Translations under genes and position numbers: made by a program
NCBI GenBank assembly: GCA_963665095.1
Contig: OY762069.1
Span: 3,968,001-4,032,000, forward strand
DNA: 64,000 bases
Direction: 5' to 3'
From: an uncultured Desulfobacter sp.
GTDB taxonomy: Bacteria; Desulfobacterota; Desulfobacteria; Desulfobacterales; Desulfobacteraceae
The notes under the pieces: model-generated
What the model was told of the DNA's origin: nothing
Database searches by the model: none
What the model saw: the letters and a program-made list of their open reading frames with translations, nothing else
Part shown: piece after piece, positions 1-10,326 of the stretch
Layout: every line of letters begins with the position of its first letter
How positions within the stretch are numbered: the stretch's first letter is position 1

Positions 1-16
1 CGGAACCTGCCCTGCC

Positions 17-3000
17 ATGATTCCTCTGGCTGTCCACTCCCATTACTCCCTGATGCAAGGTGTTTCCGGGGTCAGGGAGATCTGCGCCCATGCCGGGAAA
101 CTGGGATACTCACGCATTGCCCTTACAGACACAAACAACCTTTACGGGCTGTGGCCCTTTCTATCCGCCTGTGCCGAGTTTGGCCTGCGCCCCGTTGTGG
201 GCGCTGAAATCACGGACAGAGCAACAGATGCCAGGGTCATTGCCCTGGTAAAAAACCGGCAGGGGTACGCCAACCTGTGCCGTTTGATTACCCGGCGTCA
301 CCGGGACCCTGCCTTTAACCTGAAAAACGCGACACCGCCCCTTGCCAGCGGCCTGATTCTTCTGACGCCGTCCGTTGCGTGTATAAACCGGTGGGCAGAA
401 CTTACGCGCCAGGGCATGGCCCTGGATATCGCGGCCTTCCTTGGCCGGAGGCCTCTTTCCCTCCGTCATCCATTGTGCCGGGCAGCCCGGGCCGCGGGGG
501 TACCGGTAGTGGCTGCACCTGACAGTTTTTTTCTAACCCCCCGGGATCATAGCATCCACACGCTTTTACGGGCCATTGACACCAACACCAGCCTGTCTAA
601 AATATCACCGGCCCAGCTGGCATCAACAGATGCCTTTCTGGGCAGCCAGGAATACTATGCCCGGAAATTTGCCATCATGCCCGAAGCGGTATCCGCCACC
701 TACGCCATTGCCGAACGCCTTGAATTCCAGAGGCCTGACTTTGGCATTGTCATGCCGCCCTATGCGGTGCCTGAAGGCCGCACAGCCCATGAACTGCTCA
801 GGGAAAGAACCATGGCCGGGGCGTTAAGACGGTATGGGCCGAACCTGTCGAGCCGTGTTCTCCAGCGGATCGACCATGAACTGGCCATCATTGAACAGAC
901 CCGCTTCTCCGCCTATTTTCTGGTGGTGGCGGATATTGTCACCCAGGCGTCTCGTACCTGTGGCCGGGGATCCGGGGCCGCATCCATTGTGGCATACTGC
1001 CTGGATATCACCAATGTATGCCCCATCAAGCACAACCTTTATTTTGAACGGTTTCTCAATCCTGACCGCCGGGACCCGCCGGACATAGACATTGACTTTT
1101 CCTGGGATGAACGCGATGCCCTGCTGACTGCAGTGCTTGAAAAATTTTGCGGCCAGTCAGCCATGGTGGCCAGCCATATCCTGTTCCAGCCCAGGATGGC
1201 GGTGCGGGAAACTGCCCGGGTGTTTGGCCTGCCTGAGGCTGAAATAAAGCGGGCCATCGCAAAGCTTTCCCTGTTCCGGGCGCCTGGTTTTTCCAGCCGG
1301 ACCGGCATGGCGGCATCCGGCTGCCCGATCCATATGAATGGCGTTCCCGCCATAACGGGTTTGACTGAACCCTGGCCCCGGATTTTACACCTGGCATCCG
1401 CACTTATTGACACGCCAAGACATCTGTCGGTTCACCCCGGCGGAATCGTGATCACGCCGGATCCTCTGGACACCTATGTTCCGGTGGAAACCGCCCCCAA
1501 AGGCATTCCTGTGATCCAGTGGGAAAAAGAGGGGGCTGAGGCTGCCGGCCTGGTTAAAATAGATCTTCTGGGAAACCGGAGCCTGGGCGTTATCCGGGAC
1601 TGTATTGCGACCATCAGCGACACCCGGGGCGCGTTCACCGATTTTGAAGAAATGGATCCCGAGGATGACCCCTTAACCCAGCAGCAGGTGGCAAAGGGAC
1701 TTACCATGGGCTGTTTTTATATTGAAAGCCCTGCCATGCGCCTGCTTCAAAAAAAATCCAACCAGGGTGATTTCAGGCATCTGGTGATTCACTCCAGTAT
1801 TATCCGGCCCGCTGCCAATGAGTATATAAAAGAGTACCTCACACGGCTTCACACAGGGGACTGGGAACCAATTCACCCGCTCATGGCAGGGCTTCTCGAC
1901 GAGACCTTCGGCATTATGGTGTACCAGGAGGATGTGTCAAAGGCAGCGGTGCATCTGGCCGGTTTTAGCCATGCCAGGGCGGATGAACTACGGAAAGTCA
2001 TGTCCAAAAAGGACCGGCACAAAAAACTTGATGCCTTTAAAGCGGAATTTTCCAAAGGGGCCAGGGCCCGGGGCGTGTCCCAGGATGCCATTGACCGCAT
2101 CTGGAAGATGATCATCTCCTTTTCCGGGTACTCCTTCTGCAAACCGCACTCCGCCTCCTATGCCCGGGTCTCTTTTCAGGCGGCTTTTTTAAAAACCCAC
2201 TATCCTGCCGAGTTTATGGCTGCGGTGATCTCCAACCAGGGCGGGTTTTATTCCACCTTTGCCTATGTATCCGAAGCCCGGCGCATGGGTATCACCATCC
2301 AGGGGCCTGATGTCAGATGCAGTGAAATCCGCTGGTCCGGCAGCAACGGACGAATCCGGGTGGGGCTCATGGCAGTCAAGGGACTTTCAAGGGAGACCAT
2401 GGACCGCATTGTCAGCCAACGGGAATGCTCGGTTTTTTCAAACAGTTTTGATTTTTTTGACCGGGTCCGACCCAGGGAAGATGAGGTGAGAACGCTTACA
2501 GACAGCGGCAGCCTTGACAGCCTGGAAGCGACCAAAAGCCGGGCAGGCCTGGCATGGGCCCATTGCGCCTGGCAGGCATCCCGGCGGACCTGCAACAGTG
2601 CTGATACACTTTTTTCTCTGCCGGCTTCCCGAATCCCCGATCTTCCCGCAGATGACCCTGTAAAACGCCTTCGCCTGGAATTTGCCGTACTGGGCTTCCT
2701 TCCCTGCTGCCACCCCATGTCACTGGTGATGAAACGGGTGAAAGCGGCAGCTATTGTTAAAGCTATTGATCTGCCCGGCATGGCCGGCCGCAGGATCAGC
2801 ACGGCCGGGTGGCTGATCACAGGCAAACTGGTGAAAACAAAGAAAGGGGATCCCATGAAATTCTTAACCTTTGAAGATGACACCGGCCTTGTGGAAACCG
2901 TGTTTTTCCCCGGAACATATGCCCGGTATTCCCACATCCTTTATAATGGACGGCCGTATTTACTTTTCGGGCAGGTTGAAATGGAGTGGGGAGTTGCCAC

Positions 3001-3034
3001 GCTAACTGTCATCCGGGCCCGTCAAATCCGATAA
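17..3034 (+). CDS. dnaE2: DNA polymerase III alpha family, error-prone DnaE2/ImuC type
   Basis: PHP motifs (HSHYS, ALTDTNNLYG), GRGSGAAS, catalytic PPDIDIDF, KIDLLG, YSFCKPHS and C-terminal OB fold. At 1005 aa it lacks the long C-terminal tail of replicative DnaE1. An ATGA overlap at 17-20 suggests coupling to an upstream gene. Confidence 0.8.
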   Translation: MIPLAVHSHYSLMQGVSGVREICAHAGKLGYSRIALTDTNNLYGLWPFLSACAEFGLRPVVGAEITDRATDARVIALVKNRQGYANLCRLITRRHRDPAFNLKNATPPLASGLILLTPSVACINRWAELTRQGMALDIAAFLGRRPLSLRHPLCRAARAAGVPVVAAPDSFFLTPRDHSIHTLLRAIDTNTSLSKISPAQLASTDAFLGSQEYYARKFAIMPEAVSATYAIAERLEFQRPDFGIVMPPYAVPEGRTAHELLRERTMAGALRRYGPNLSSRVLQRIDHELAIIEQTRFSAYFLVVADIVTQASRTCGRGSGAASIVAYCLDITNVCPIKHNLYFERFLNPDRRDPPDIDIDFSWDERDALLTAVLEKFCGQSAMVASHILFQPRMAVRETARVFGLPEAEIKRAIAKLSLFRAPGFSSRTGMAASGCPIHMNGVPAITGLTEPWPRILHLASALIDTPRHLSVHPGGIVITPDPLDTYVPVETAPKGIPVIQWEKEGAEAAGLVKIDLLGNRSLGVIRDCIATISDTRGAFTDFEEMDPEDDPLTQQQVAKGLTMGCFYIESPAMRLLQKKSNQGDFRHLVIHSSIIRPAANEYIKEYLTRLHTGDWEPIHPLMAGLLDETFGIMVYQEDVSKAAVHLAGFSHARADELRKVMSKKDRHKKLDAFKAEFSKGARARGVSQDAIDRIWKMIISFSGYSFCKPHSASYARVSFQAAFLKTHYPAEFMAAVISNQGGFYSTFAYVSEARRMGITIQGPDVRCSEIRWSGSNGRIRVGLMAVKGLSRETMDRIVSQRECSVFSNSFDFFDRVRPREDEVRTLTDSGSLDSLEATKSRAGLAWAHCAWQASRRTCNSADTLFSLPASRIPDLPADDPVKRLRLEFAVLGFLPCCHPMSLVMKRVKAAAIVKAIDLPGMAGRRISTAGWLITGKLVKTKKGDPMKFLTFEDDTGLVETVFFPGTYARYSHILYNGRPYLLFGQVEMEWGVATLTVIRARQIR

Positions 3035-3307
3035 AATAGACAATTATGTAATTTCATGCCGCAAAAACATTTCACCCTGTTATGTATTATCCCCCGAATA
3101 GACCCTAAATTCGACATATTTTGTTATACTTATGGTATACCATTAAAAAACAACATTTTTGTACTTCAAGTTTGATTTGAATATTGCAATTTTGTAAATA
3201 AAAATTTTTTTTCTATTCATAAACTGGGGAAACCCAAAGGGGTTTGATAACAAAATATTTACTATGATTTCAATGTATTATCACTATTTAAAATATGAAG
3301 ATCAAAG

Positions 3308-3324
3308 TTGGTATAACATTTGCT
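3308..3324 (+). promoter_or_regulatory. sigma54 (-24/-12) promoter for amtB
   Basis: TTGGTATAACATTTGCT: GG(3310-3311)-N10-GC(3322-3323), about 100 nt upstream of amtB. Confidence 0.75.
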
Positions 3325-3421
3325 TTAATTAAGAACAAAATTGTTAAATTAATGCATGCTTGTGAAAAATTTGTATCTTTACAAGCCAACAAAATCTTTT
3401 TCAACCAAAGAAAGGAAGCAA

Positions 3422-4717
3422 ATGATGCTCAGACTCTGTGTATGTACCATTGGACTGTTTCTGCTGAATGTATGCCCGGCCCTGGCCGGGGAAGGCACCA
3501 TTGACACCGGGGATACCGCATGGGTAACCATGTCCACAGCCCTTGTCATGATGATGACCCCGGCGGGCCTGGCCCTGTTTTACGGCGGCCTTTCCCGGTA
3601 TAAGAACCTGCTGAACACCATTGCCATGACCCTGGTTGCCTACTGCCTCGCCTCAGTGGTATGGGTGGGCTGGGGGTACTCACTGGCCTTCGGGGAGAGC
3701 GACAGCCTTTTTATAGGCAGCCTGAACCATCTGTTCTTATCCGGCATTGACATTCACTCGGTTTCCGGCACCATCCCCACCATTATTTTTGTTCTGTTCC
3801 AGATGACCTTTGCCTGTATTTCCGTTGCCATTGTTCTGGGTTCTGTGGTGGACAGAATGAAGTTCTCTTCCTGGATTCTGTTTACTGTTCTCTGGGTGAC
3901 ATTTGTGTATGCGCCGGTGTGTAACTGGGCATGGGGCGGTGGCTGGATGGATCATATTGGTGCCTTTGACTTTGCCGGCGGCAACGTGGTTCACATCAAC
4001 GCAGGGGTATCCGGACTGGTCCTGGCCCTGATTTTGGGCAAACGGAACGGCTACGGCAAAGATCCCATGATCCCCTCTTCAGTTACCTTTACAGCCCTGG
4101 GCGCAGGCCTTTTATGGTTTGGCTGGTTTGGTTTTAATGCCGGCAGCGAGCTGGCAGCCGACGGTATTGCAGCATCTGCGTTCATGGTCACCAATACAGC
4201 GGCTGCCATGGCCGGTATTGCCTGGTTGTTCTTTGAATGGAAAATGACAGGAAAGCCCACCCTGCTTGGCCTGGCCTCAGGTGTCGTGGCAGGGCTTGTG
4301 GGTATTACACCCGCAGCCGGTTTTGTCTCCCTGGGCGGCAGCTTTGCCATTGGTGCCGTCGCCGGTGTATTAGGGTATGTGGGTGTGGCTGTGATCAAGC
4401 AGAAAATGGGATACGATGATTCCCTTGACGCATTTGGCATTCACGGTCTTTGCGGCATCTGGGGAGCCCTTGCCACAGGGCTTTTTGCCACGCCAGCGGT
4501 TACTGAGGGCAAAGCCGGTCTTTTCTACGGAAACCCCGGTCAGGTGGGCACCCAGTTATTGTCCATCATCGGCACCATTGCATTTTCTGCCGTGGCCACG
4601 CTCATCGTCACTTACATCACCAAAATGCTGACCGGTGGCATCAGGGTCAATGCGGATGACGAACTCACCGGCCTTGACAACGCTATCCACGGTGAACGCG
4701 GATTTGAGATTGAGTAA
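3422..4717 (+). CDS. amtB: ammonium transporter (Amt family)
   Basis: GDTAW, GLALFYGG, FQMTFA, DFAGGNVVH, WFGWFGFNAGS, DDSLDAFGIHG and C-terminal HGE motifs. Start moved to ATG 3422 behind an AAGGAAG RBS. Confidence 0.95.
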   Translation: MMLRLCVCTIGLFLLNVCPALAGEGTIDTGDTAWVTMSTALVMMMTPAGLALFYGGLSRYKNLLNTIAMTLVAYCLASVVWVGWGYSLAFGESDSLFIGSLNHLFLSGIDIHSVSGTIPTIIFVLFQMTFACISVAIVLGSVVDRMKFSSWILFTVLWVTFVYAPVCNWAWGGGWMDHIGAFDFAGGNVVHINAGVSGLVLALILGKRNGYGKDPMIPSSVTFTALGAGLLWFGWFGFNAGSELAADGIAASAFMVTNTAAAMAGIAWLFFEWKMTGKPTLLGLASGVVAGLVGITPAAGFVSLGGSFAIGAVAGVLGYVGVAVIKQKMGYDDSLDAFGIHGLCGIWGALATGLFATPAVTEGKAGLFYGNPGQVGTQLLSIIGTIAFSAVATLIVTYITKMLTGGIRVNADDELTGLDNAIHGERGFEIE

Positions 4718-4777
4718 CTGCGTCAAATCCTGCCACGGCAACTATCGATTTCCAGCTTAACATTTACATTGAACGAA

Positions 4778-4809
4778 ACGGGCCGGACAATTTAATTAGT
4801 CCGGGCCGT
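4778..4809. terminator. probable bidirectional terminator hairpin between convergent genes
   Basis: ACGGGCCGGAC ... GTCCGGGCCGT (one mismatch) followed by an A/T-rich run. Confidence 0.45.
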
Positions 4810-4815
4810 ATTATT

Positions 4816-6282
4816 TTAATTTTTGGCGCGTTTTTTGTCCCAATAGGCTTTAATATTATTGCCCAGCCGGTCAGTCCCGGTGGAAACCGCTTTCTGGAAG
4901 TTCTGCATCATGTTCAGATCGGTGTAACTTATCTGCCCGCTTTCCGGGGAGGCAGCCGCGCTTCCTGATGTCAGGTCTACGGCTTTAATTACAAAAGCTG
5001 CCATATGGAGGGTGGTTTTCTGACCATAAAATTTAAGTTCCCTGGAACCGGTCTTTTTTATTTCCGCGGTTACCAGGATCTGGGCTTTGTTATCCGACAA
5101 ATGCTTATTAATTTCCGACCATTTCAAATCTCCTGCAGACCCCGCTTTACTTAAAGAGGGAATGGATGCTGTTGAGCAGTAGTCCAGGCCGCTGTTCATA
5201 AATGCCGCCTCAAGCTGGGCTGTGAACAGGGAGACTATGTCATCGTCCCCCCGGGAATGTATCAGCACCCTGGGCTTTGCTGGCAGCCCCAGTGAAGAGA
5301 CGGCATTTGACGGTCTTTCCGGGATGATCTTTTGCGGTTCCACACTGGCTACCTGAACGGATCTCACCGGCGGTGCTGCTTTTACCTGGGACGTCACCTG
5401 TGAATCCTGTGCCGCGCCTCCTCCGCCTGAAGCGGCTGAACCGGGTGAGCTGAAAACGAAATCCCCCCTGGACAGTTCATAATCAGGTATCTTCCCGTAC
5501 TGGGGCGTCTGCTGAATATATGAAGGGATCAGGTTCTGCAGATGGACCCCGAGCTCTGTGCCGGTTATAAATCCGTCTTTGTTCAGGTCTGCTGTTCCAT
5601 AGATCAGTGCATCCACAAAGGCCGGTGTAAAGGTACTTTTTGCCGGCACACTTTCGCCGGCACTTCCTGCAGTGATGAACTGCCGAACCGGTTTACCTGT
5701 GAGCATGCTGATCTGGGGCGGCATCTTGGGAAGATCCCGCTGTTTGAATATGGTACCGGAAAAACAGGAATCAAAAAGGAACAGGGCGTGTTTGGCATCC
5801 ATCTGGCGGCACCATGATATAATCTGGTTCATATCCAGGGCGGTTCGCTTAAAATTGGCTGCATCCTTATGGGGAATCGGCGCATCAACAGGTACCAGAT
5901 ATCCCCGGCTCCCGTCGTCCATGGTGTGACCATGGCCTGCATAGTAGAACAGAAGCCGATTTTCCGAATTGTAGCCATAGGCATTGATAAAGGATTCAAA
6001 GGCCTCCTTAAGTGTTTTTCCGTCAGGGTCTGTAACAGTTTGAACAATAAAGCCCTTGTCGGTAAGCGTCTTTTCAAGCAGCCGGATATCTGCGGGAATG
6101 CTTTCAAGATCAGGCCAGCCGTTTGTGTAATCACTGGCCCCGATGAGCAGGGCATGGCTCTCCTTGAAAAATCCCACGGTCTGCCCGGATTCTGTTTTAA
6201 CAGAAAGTGCGGCCCAGACACACAGAGATGAAAGTTGCAGAAAAAGAAGTGCGGCAAAGGCCTTAACAAGCCATGATTTCAT
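4816..6282 (-). CDS. exported caspase-family (peptidase C14) protein with a C-terminal alpha/beta domain
   Basis: Signal peptide MKSWLVKAFAALLFLQLSSLCVWA; ALLIGASDY; His/Cys dyad motifs YYAGHG and FDSCFSG; Gly/Ala/Pro linker. The start could instead be 6336 or 6342. Confidence 0.85.
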   Translation of the reverse strand: MKSWLVKAFAALLFLQLSSLCVWAALSVKTESGQTVGFFKESHALLIGASDYTNGWPDLESIPADIRLLEKTLTDKGFIVQTVTDPDGKTLKEAFESFINAYGYNSENRLLFYYAGHGHTMDDGSRGYLVPVDAPIPHKDAANFKRTALDMNQIISWCRQMDAKHALFLFDSCFSGTIFKQRDLPKMPPQISMLTGKPVRQFITAGSAGESVPAKSTFTPAFVDALIYGTADLNKDGFITGTELGVHLQNLIPSYIQQTPQYGKIPDYELSRGDFVFSSPGSAASGGGGAAQDSQVTSQVKAAPPVRSVQVASVEPQKIIPERPSNAVSSLGLPAKPRVLIHSRGDDDIVSLFTAQLEAAFMNSGLDYCSTASIPSLSKAGSAGDLKWSEINKHLSDNKAQILVTAEIKKTGSRELKFYGQKTTLHMAAFVIKAVDLTSGSAAASPESGQISYTDLNMMQNFQKAVSTGTDRLGNNIKAYWDKKRAKN

Positions 6283-6365
6283 TTTAATACGGCAATTTAT
6301 ATTCCCGGCTGATTCACTGTTATATAAAATAAACATTGGCATTTCCTTTATAACGGGTCCAAACG

Positions 6366-7997
6366 CTAAACATCCACCTGTTCGGGTTTCAAGTATTGCC
6401 TGGCATAGGGGCCAAACAACTGTTTCTCCCTGAACAGCCGGACAATTTCTTTATCAATGTGCCCGTCCTTTTCCATAAACCCCAGAATATCCAGTGCCAT
6501 TGACAGGGACATGGGCTGTTTGTAAGGCCGGTCTGGCGCTGTCAGGGCTTCAAATATGTCTGCAATGGCCATGATCCGGGTGGGAATATCCAGATCTTTG
6601 GCCCCCTTACCATAAGGATATCCGGAACCATCCAGCTTTTCATGGTGGGCGGAAGCGATCTGGGGAACCTTTTTAAGATGCTGTGGAAATGGAAGCTCGC
6701 ATAGAATCTTCTGGGTGGCCACCACATGATTTTCTATGACTTTTCGTTCCGCCGTGGTCAGATTTCCTTTTCTGATGCTTAGATTTTCAAGCTCCTCAGA
6801 TGTCAGAAGGGGATCATGCCCGGGGAACATCTGCCGCCCCGCAATTTCTTCAAGCCGCTGAACATGGTCATCCTTCATGAAAAATTTACTTTCATTACAT
6901 TTGCAGATAAAGTCCAGATCCGATTCAAGCTGCTCTTTTTCTCTTTGAAACGTCTCTTTAACAGATTGAACTTCAGACGGGCTTAATGGATTTCCCTTGC
7001 CGTCCCCGGCGATTATCTTTTTCAATGCAAAGGTCTCCAGCTCCTTGACCATAAGCTGGAACCGCAGATGAACAACATGGATCCCGTCACGGATGGTTTC
7101 AAGTTTGGTGCTCTTGTTAACCACATATTCAGGTGTGGTTATTTTTCCCACATCGTGCATCCAGGCAGCTATTTTGAGCTCTTCCAGCTCATCTTCAGAA
7201 AACTGCGCATCGGCAAGGGGGCCTGTGGTTTCAGCATTGATCCCTTCAGCAATCAGCTGAACCAGTTCCACCACCCGGTTGATATGCCCACCGGTATAAG
7301 GGGATTTTTCATCAACCGCGGCCGCAATGCTCTTGATAAAAGAATCAAACAGGTGTTTCAGGTTGGCGATAAGCTGCCGGTTGCTCAGAGCCGTGGCTGC
7401 CAGGGATGCCAGGGCGCTGACCACGTTGGTCTGCTCTTTGTCAAAGGGAATCACCTCTTCTGTGTCATAGTTGGTGGCATTTAAAAGCTGAAGCACGCCG
7501 ATAACGTTGTTTTCATGGTCGATCATCGGGATGACCAGCATGGACCTGGACCGGTAGCCGGTTTTTTCATCATAGGCCCTGGCCCCTTCAAAATTAAACT
7601 CCGTTGAATCATAAATATCTTTTATATTCAGGGTCTCTTTTGCCAGGGCTGCATAGGAGGAGGCATAGGACAGATTGTCTGACCCGTCTTCCTTTTGAAG
7701 GGGGACCGGAGGAAACTTATTCGTTCCTGTGCCGGAACCGGCCAGGATTCTAATCCCCTGGCTTTTATTCCGGACAAAGGCAAAGTCCAGCTGTTTCCTG
7801 GTTTCATTTTCTCCAGTCACTTCGGTGACAATATACAGGGTGCCGGCATCTGCCGTACTGATACGCAATGCCTCATCAAGGATTCTTTCAAGAAGCCGGT
7901 TAATGTCGTGTTCAGCAGTCAGGGCCAGGGCAATGCCAATAATATTCTTTGCCGCCGTCAGCTTGAAACTGTATGAATCATTATCAAATTCAGTCAT
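6366..7997 (-). CDS. GAF + HD-GYP cyclic-dinucleotide phosphodiesterase
   Basis: N-terminal GAF (ADAGTLY...SMLVIPM...IGVLQLLN); YTGGH, WMHDVGK, HHEKLDGSGYP, ADIFEALTAPDRPYK. Confidence 0.9.
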   Translation of the reverse strand: MTEFDNDSYSFKLTAAKNIIGIALALTAEHDINRLLERILDEALRISTADAGTLYIVTEVTGENETRKQLDFAFVRNKSQGIRILAGSGTGTNKFPPVPLQKEDGSDNLSYASSYAALAKETLNIKDIYDSTEFNFEGARAYDEKTGYRSRSMLVIPMIDHENNVIGVLQLLNATNYDTEEVIPFDKEQTNVVSALASLAATALSNRQLIANLKHLFDSFIKSIAAAVDEKSPYTGGHINRVVELVQLIAEGINAETTGPLADAQFSEDELEELKIAAWMHDVGKITTPEYVVNKSTKLETIRDGIHVVHLRFQLMVKELETFALKKIIAGDGKGNPLSPSEVQSVKETFQREKEQLESDLDFICKCNESKFFMKDDHVQRLEEIAGRQMFPGHDPLLTSEELENLSIRKGNLTTAERKVIENHVVATQKILCELPFPQHLKKVPQIASAHHEKLDGSGYPYGKGAKDLDIPTRIMAIADIFEALTAPDRPYKQPMSLSMALDILGFMEKDGHIDKEIVRLFREKQLFGPYARQYLKPEQVDV

Positions 7998-8097
7998 GGA
8001 GAAATGCCTTTATTTATATGCTGCCGGATACTTAAACTGAAACAGCGTCTCATTTTCAAATACGAACACCCCCCGGATACAGCCCGGCAGACACCAG

Positions 8098-10326
8098 CTA
8101 TTTTTCATTGAGTTTAACAGAACCGTCCCACGTGTCTGTTAATTCGTTATAGTCAATATTTTTAATTCGTTCAAGCATCCGGGACGCTGCAAGATCTTCC
8201 GGAAGGATCTCAAGTGCCTGCTTAAACCCTTCAGCCGCCTGTGAAAAGTCCCTGTCCAGATATTGCAAAAAAGCTTTTTCATACACCGCTGCGTACTTGT
8301 CTTTCAGGCCGGAGGCAGTCTCTTCTGCGTACCCGTATACCTCATAAACCCTGACAGCCTCATCTTTTCCCTTCACTTTAACGACATCCACAAGCCTTGT
8401 TTTAAACACCTGTTTTGACAGAAGGTCATAGGTGGCCTGGGAAATCATTAACCGGGTGCCGTATAACTTATTCACGCTTTCCAGGCGAGACCCCAGGTTT
8501 ACCTCGTCTCCCATCACTGTATAATCAAACACCTTGTCAGAACCCATATTGCCCACAACCATTTCGCCTGAATTGATACCGATTCTACAGGTCAGGGGGG
8601 GGCGTTTCTGGCTGGTCCAGGTATCTTTAAGCACCTCAAGTCGTTCATGCATATCAAGCGCGGTCCGCACAGCCTGGTCTGCATGGTTTCCGGAAGGGAT
8701 GGGAATTCCGAACTCGGCCATGATACCGTCACCCTGGTATTTATCAATGATGCCCCCATGTTGGTGAATAATCTTTGTCATCTCTGTAAAATATTCATTA
8801 ATATGGGTCACCAGTTCTTCGGGCCTTTTGTTTTTCGCAATCTCTTCAGCGATATTGGTAAAATTCTCGATATCAGTAAACATGACACTTAAATTCATGC
8901 TGTCCCCCCCAAGCTGAATGGATGCGGGATTATCCAGAATCTGTTTTACCACTTTTTCAGGCACGTATTTAACAAAGGTGGAATGGATAAACGCCCGTTC
9001 TCTGGAGGTCATGACCTCAATGGTAATGACCAGAACCAGAAAAATCAGCAGGGCTGCACCGGAAAGGGTGACCACCGGCATAACGCAAAACTGATGGAAC
9101 TGAAACAAGGTGAGTGCCGGCACCACACAGATGCAGGCAAGGGCAGCCCCAAAAAGGCCGGCAAGGGAACGCAGACAGGCCCCCGCCCCCATTATGAGTG
9201 CAAATCCGATAACAGCGGCTGCAGCATGCCAGGGCGACCATTTAGAGTAAAAGGTGTTGGTCAGCAGTGCATTGAGCATGGAGGCATGGATCACAACCAG
9301 GGGGACCTCTTTTTGCAAAGGCGTTGCCCCGAGATCTGAAATGCCCACAGCCGTATCCGCAACAAAGACAAAATTCCCCTCAAACAATTCAAGAAAATTG
9401 CCGCGCATGGCCGGATCAGAAATATAGGTTAAGAAGTCGGCCAGACAGATATGTGAAAAATCCTTCCCCATGGGCCGTACAAAAGGAATAAAGGCCCGGC
9501 CGCTGTCATCAATGGGAATATTGATATCCTGGCTCAGCTGCCTGGATTTTTCCGCCGGAATGTGGATGTGGTGTCCCCAATGGATGGTGACATCGTCAAA
9601 GTCAATACCGGCCCATCCCAGAAAGACTGACAGACTCAGCGATGGCTGGAACCGGGCACCGTGCTTGAGCACCATAAAAACATGCCGGTGAATCGCATCT
9701 GAATCAGCCGGTGCACTGATATCGCCTGAACCATATGCGGCCCTGGCAAAGGGCGGATGCTGGAACACGGTTTTGATGGCGTGGTAAGGCCGGCCCTTTC
9801 CTTTCTGAATTGGCTCGCCAACACTGTTCTCAGGAATATACGGTTTAAGGGCACTGGAGGATTTTTCCAGAGGAAGGGGCCCTGAATCCGACGGGGAGGA
9901 ATCAATGGAAGACCCCACCGGCAGATACACGCACCCTAATTTTTTCAAAGAGGCCTCAAAAGCGGCATCGGACGCCTCTTCAAAGGGCTGGGCAAAGATA
10001 ATATCATAGGCAACCGCCTCGGGTGCCAGGTCTGCCAGTTCATTATTCATGCGGGCAAGATCGGACCGGTTAAGGATACTGCCCCTTGCGTTCTGATAGT
10101 AACGATCGGTAATGGTCAGATAAACCACACCCGGAGAATAAGAGGACTGCGGGCCTTTGTCATGCCGGACGGTAAATTTGTAGATGTAATCTAAAACTTT
10201 GTTGTCATATTCTGTAAATGGTGACGAGGCATTCAACAAAAGAAAAACAAGGATACATAAAACAGCCACCCCCTCACACAGCAGAATCCCCTTAACCTGG
10301 TCTTTATTTCTTAACTTTGAAATCAT
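8098..10326 (-). CDS. CHASE2-domain membrane class III adenylate cyclase
   Basis: N-terminal TM, CHASE2-like region (AVAYDIIF), 3 TMs, FTDIENFT, IIDKYQGD, RIGINSG, DYTVMGDEVNLGSRLE (K/D pair typical of ATP specificity), TPR-like tail. Confidence 0.9.
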   Translation of the reverse strand: MISKLRNKDQVKGILLCEGVAVLCILVFLLLNASSPFTEYDNKVLDYIYKFTVRHDKGPQSSYSPGVVYLTITDRYYQNARGSILNRSDLARMNNELADLAPEAVAYDIIFAQPFEEASDAAFEASLKKLGCVYLPVGSSIDSSPSDSGPLPLEKSSSALKPYIPENSVGEPIQKGKGRPYHAIKTVFQHPPFARAAYGSGDISAPADSDAIHRHVFMVLKHGARFQPSLSLSVFLGWAGIDFDDVTIHWGHHIHIPAEKSRQLSQDINIPIDDSGRAFIPFVRPMGKDFSHICLADFLTYISDPAMRGNFLELFEGNFVFVADTAVGISDLGATPLQKEVPLVVIHASMLNALLTNTFYSKWSPWHAAAAVIGFALIMGAGACLRSLAGLFGAALACICVVPALTLFQFHQFCVMPVVTLSGAALLIFLVLVITIEVMTSRERAFIHSTFVKYVPEKVVKQILDNPASIQLGGDSMNLSVMFTDIENFTNIAEEIAKNKRPEELVTHINEYFTEMTKIIHQHGGIIDKYQGDGIMAEFGIPIPSGNHADQAVRTALDMHERLEVLKDTWTSQKRPPLTCRIGINSGEMVVGNMGSDKVFDYTVMGDEVNLGSRLESVNKLYGTRLMISQATYDLLSKQVFKTRLVDVVKVKGKDEAVRVYEVYGYAEETASGLKDKYAAVYEKAFLQYLDRDFSQAAEGFKQALEILPEDLAASRMLERIKNIDYNELTDTWDGSVKLNEK

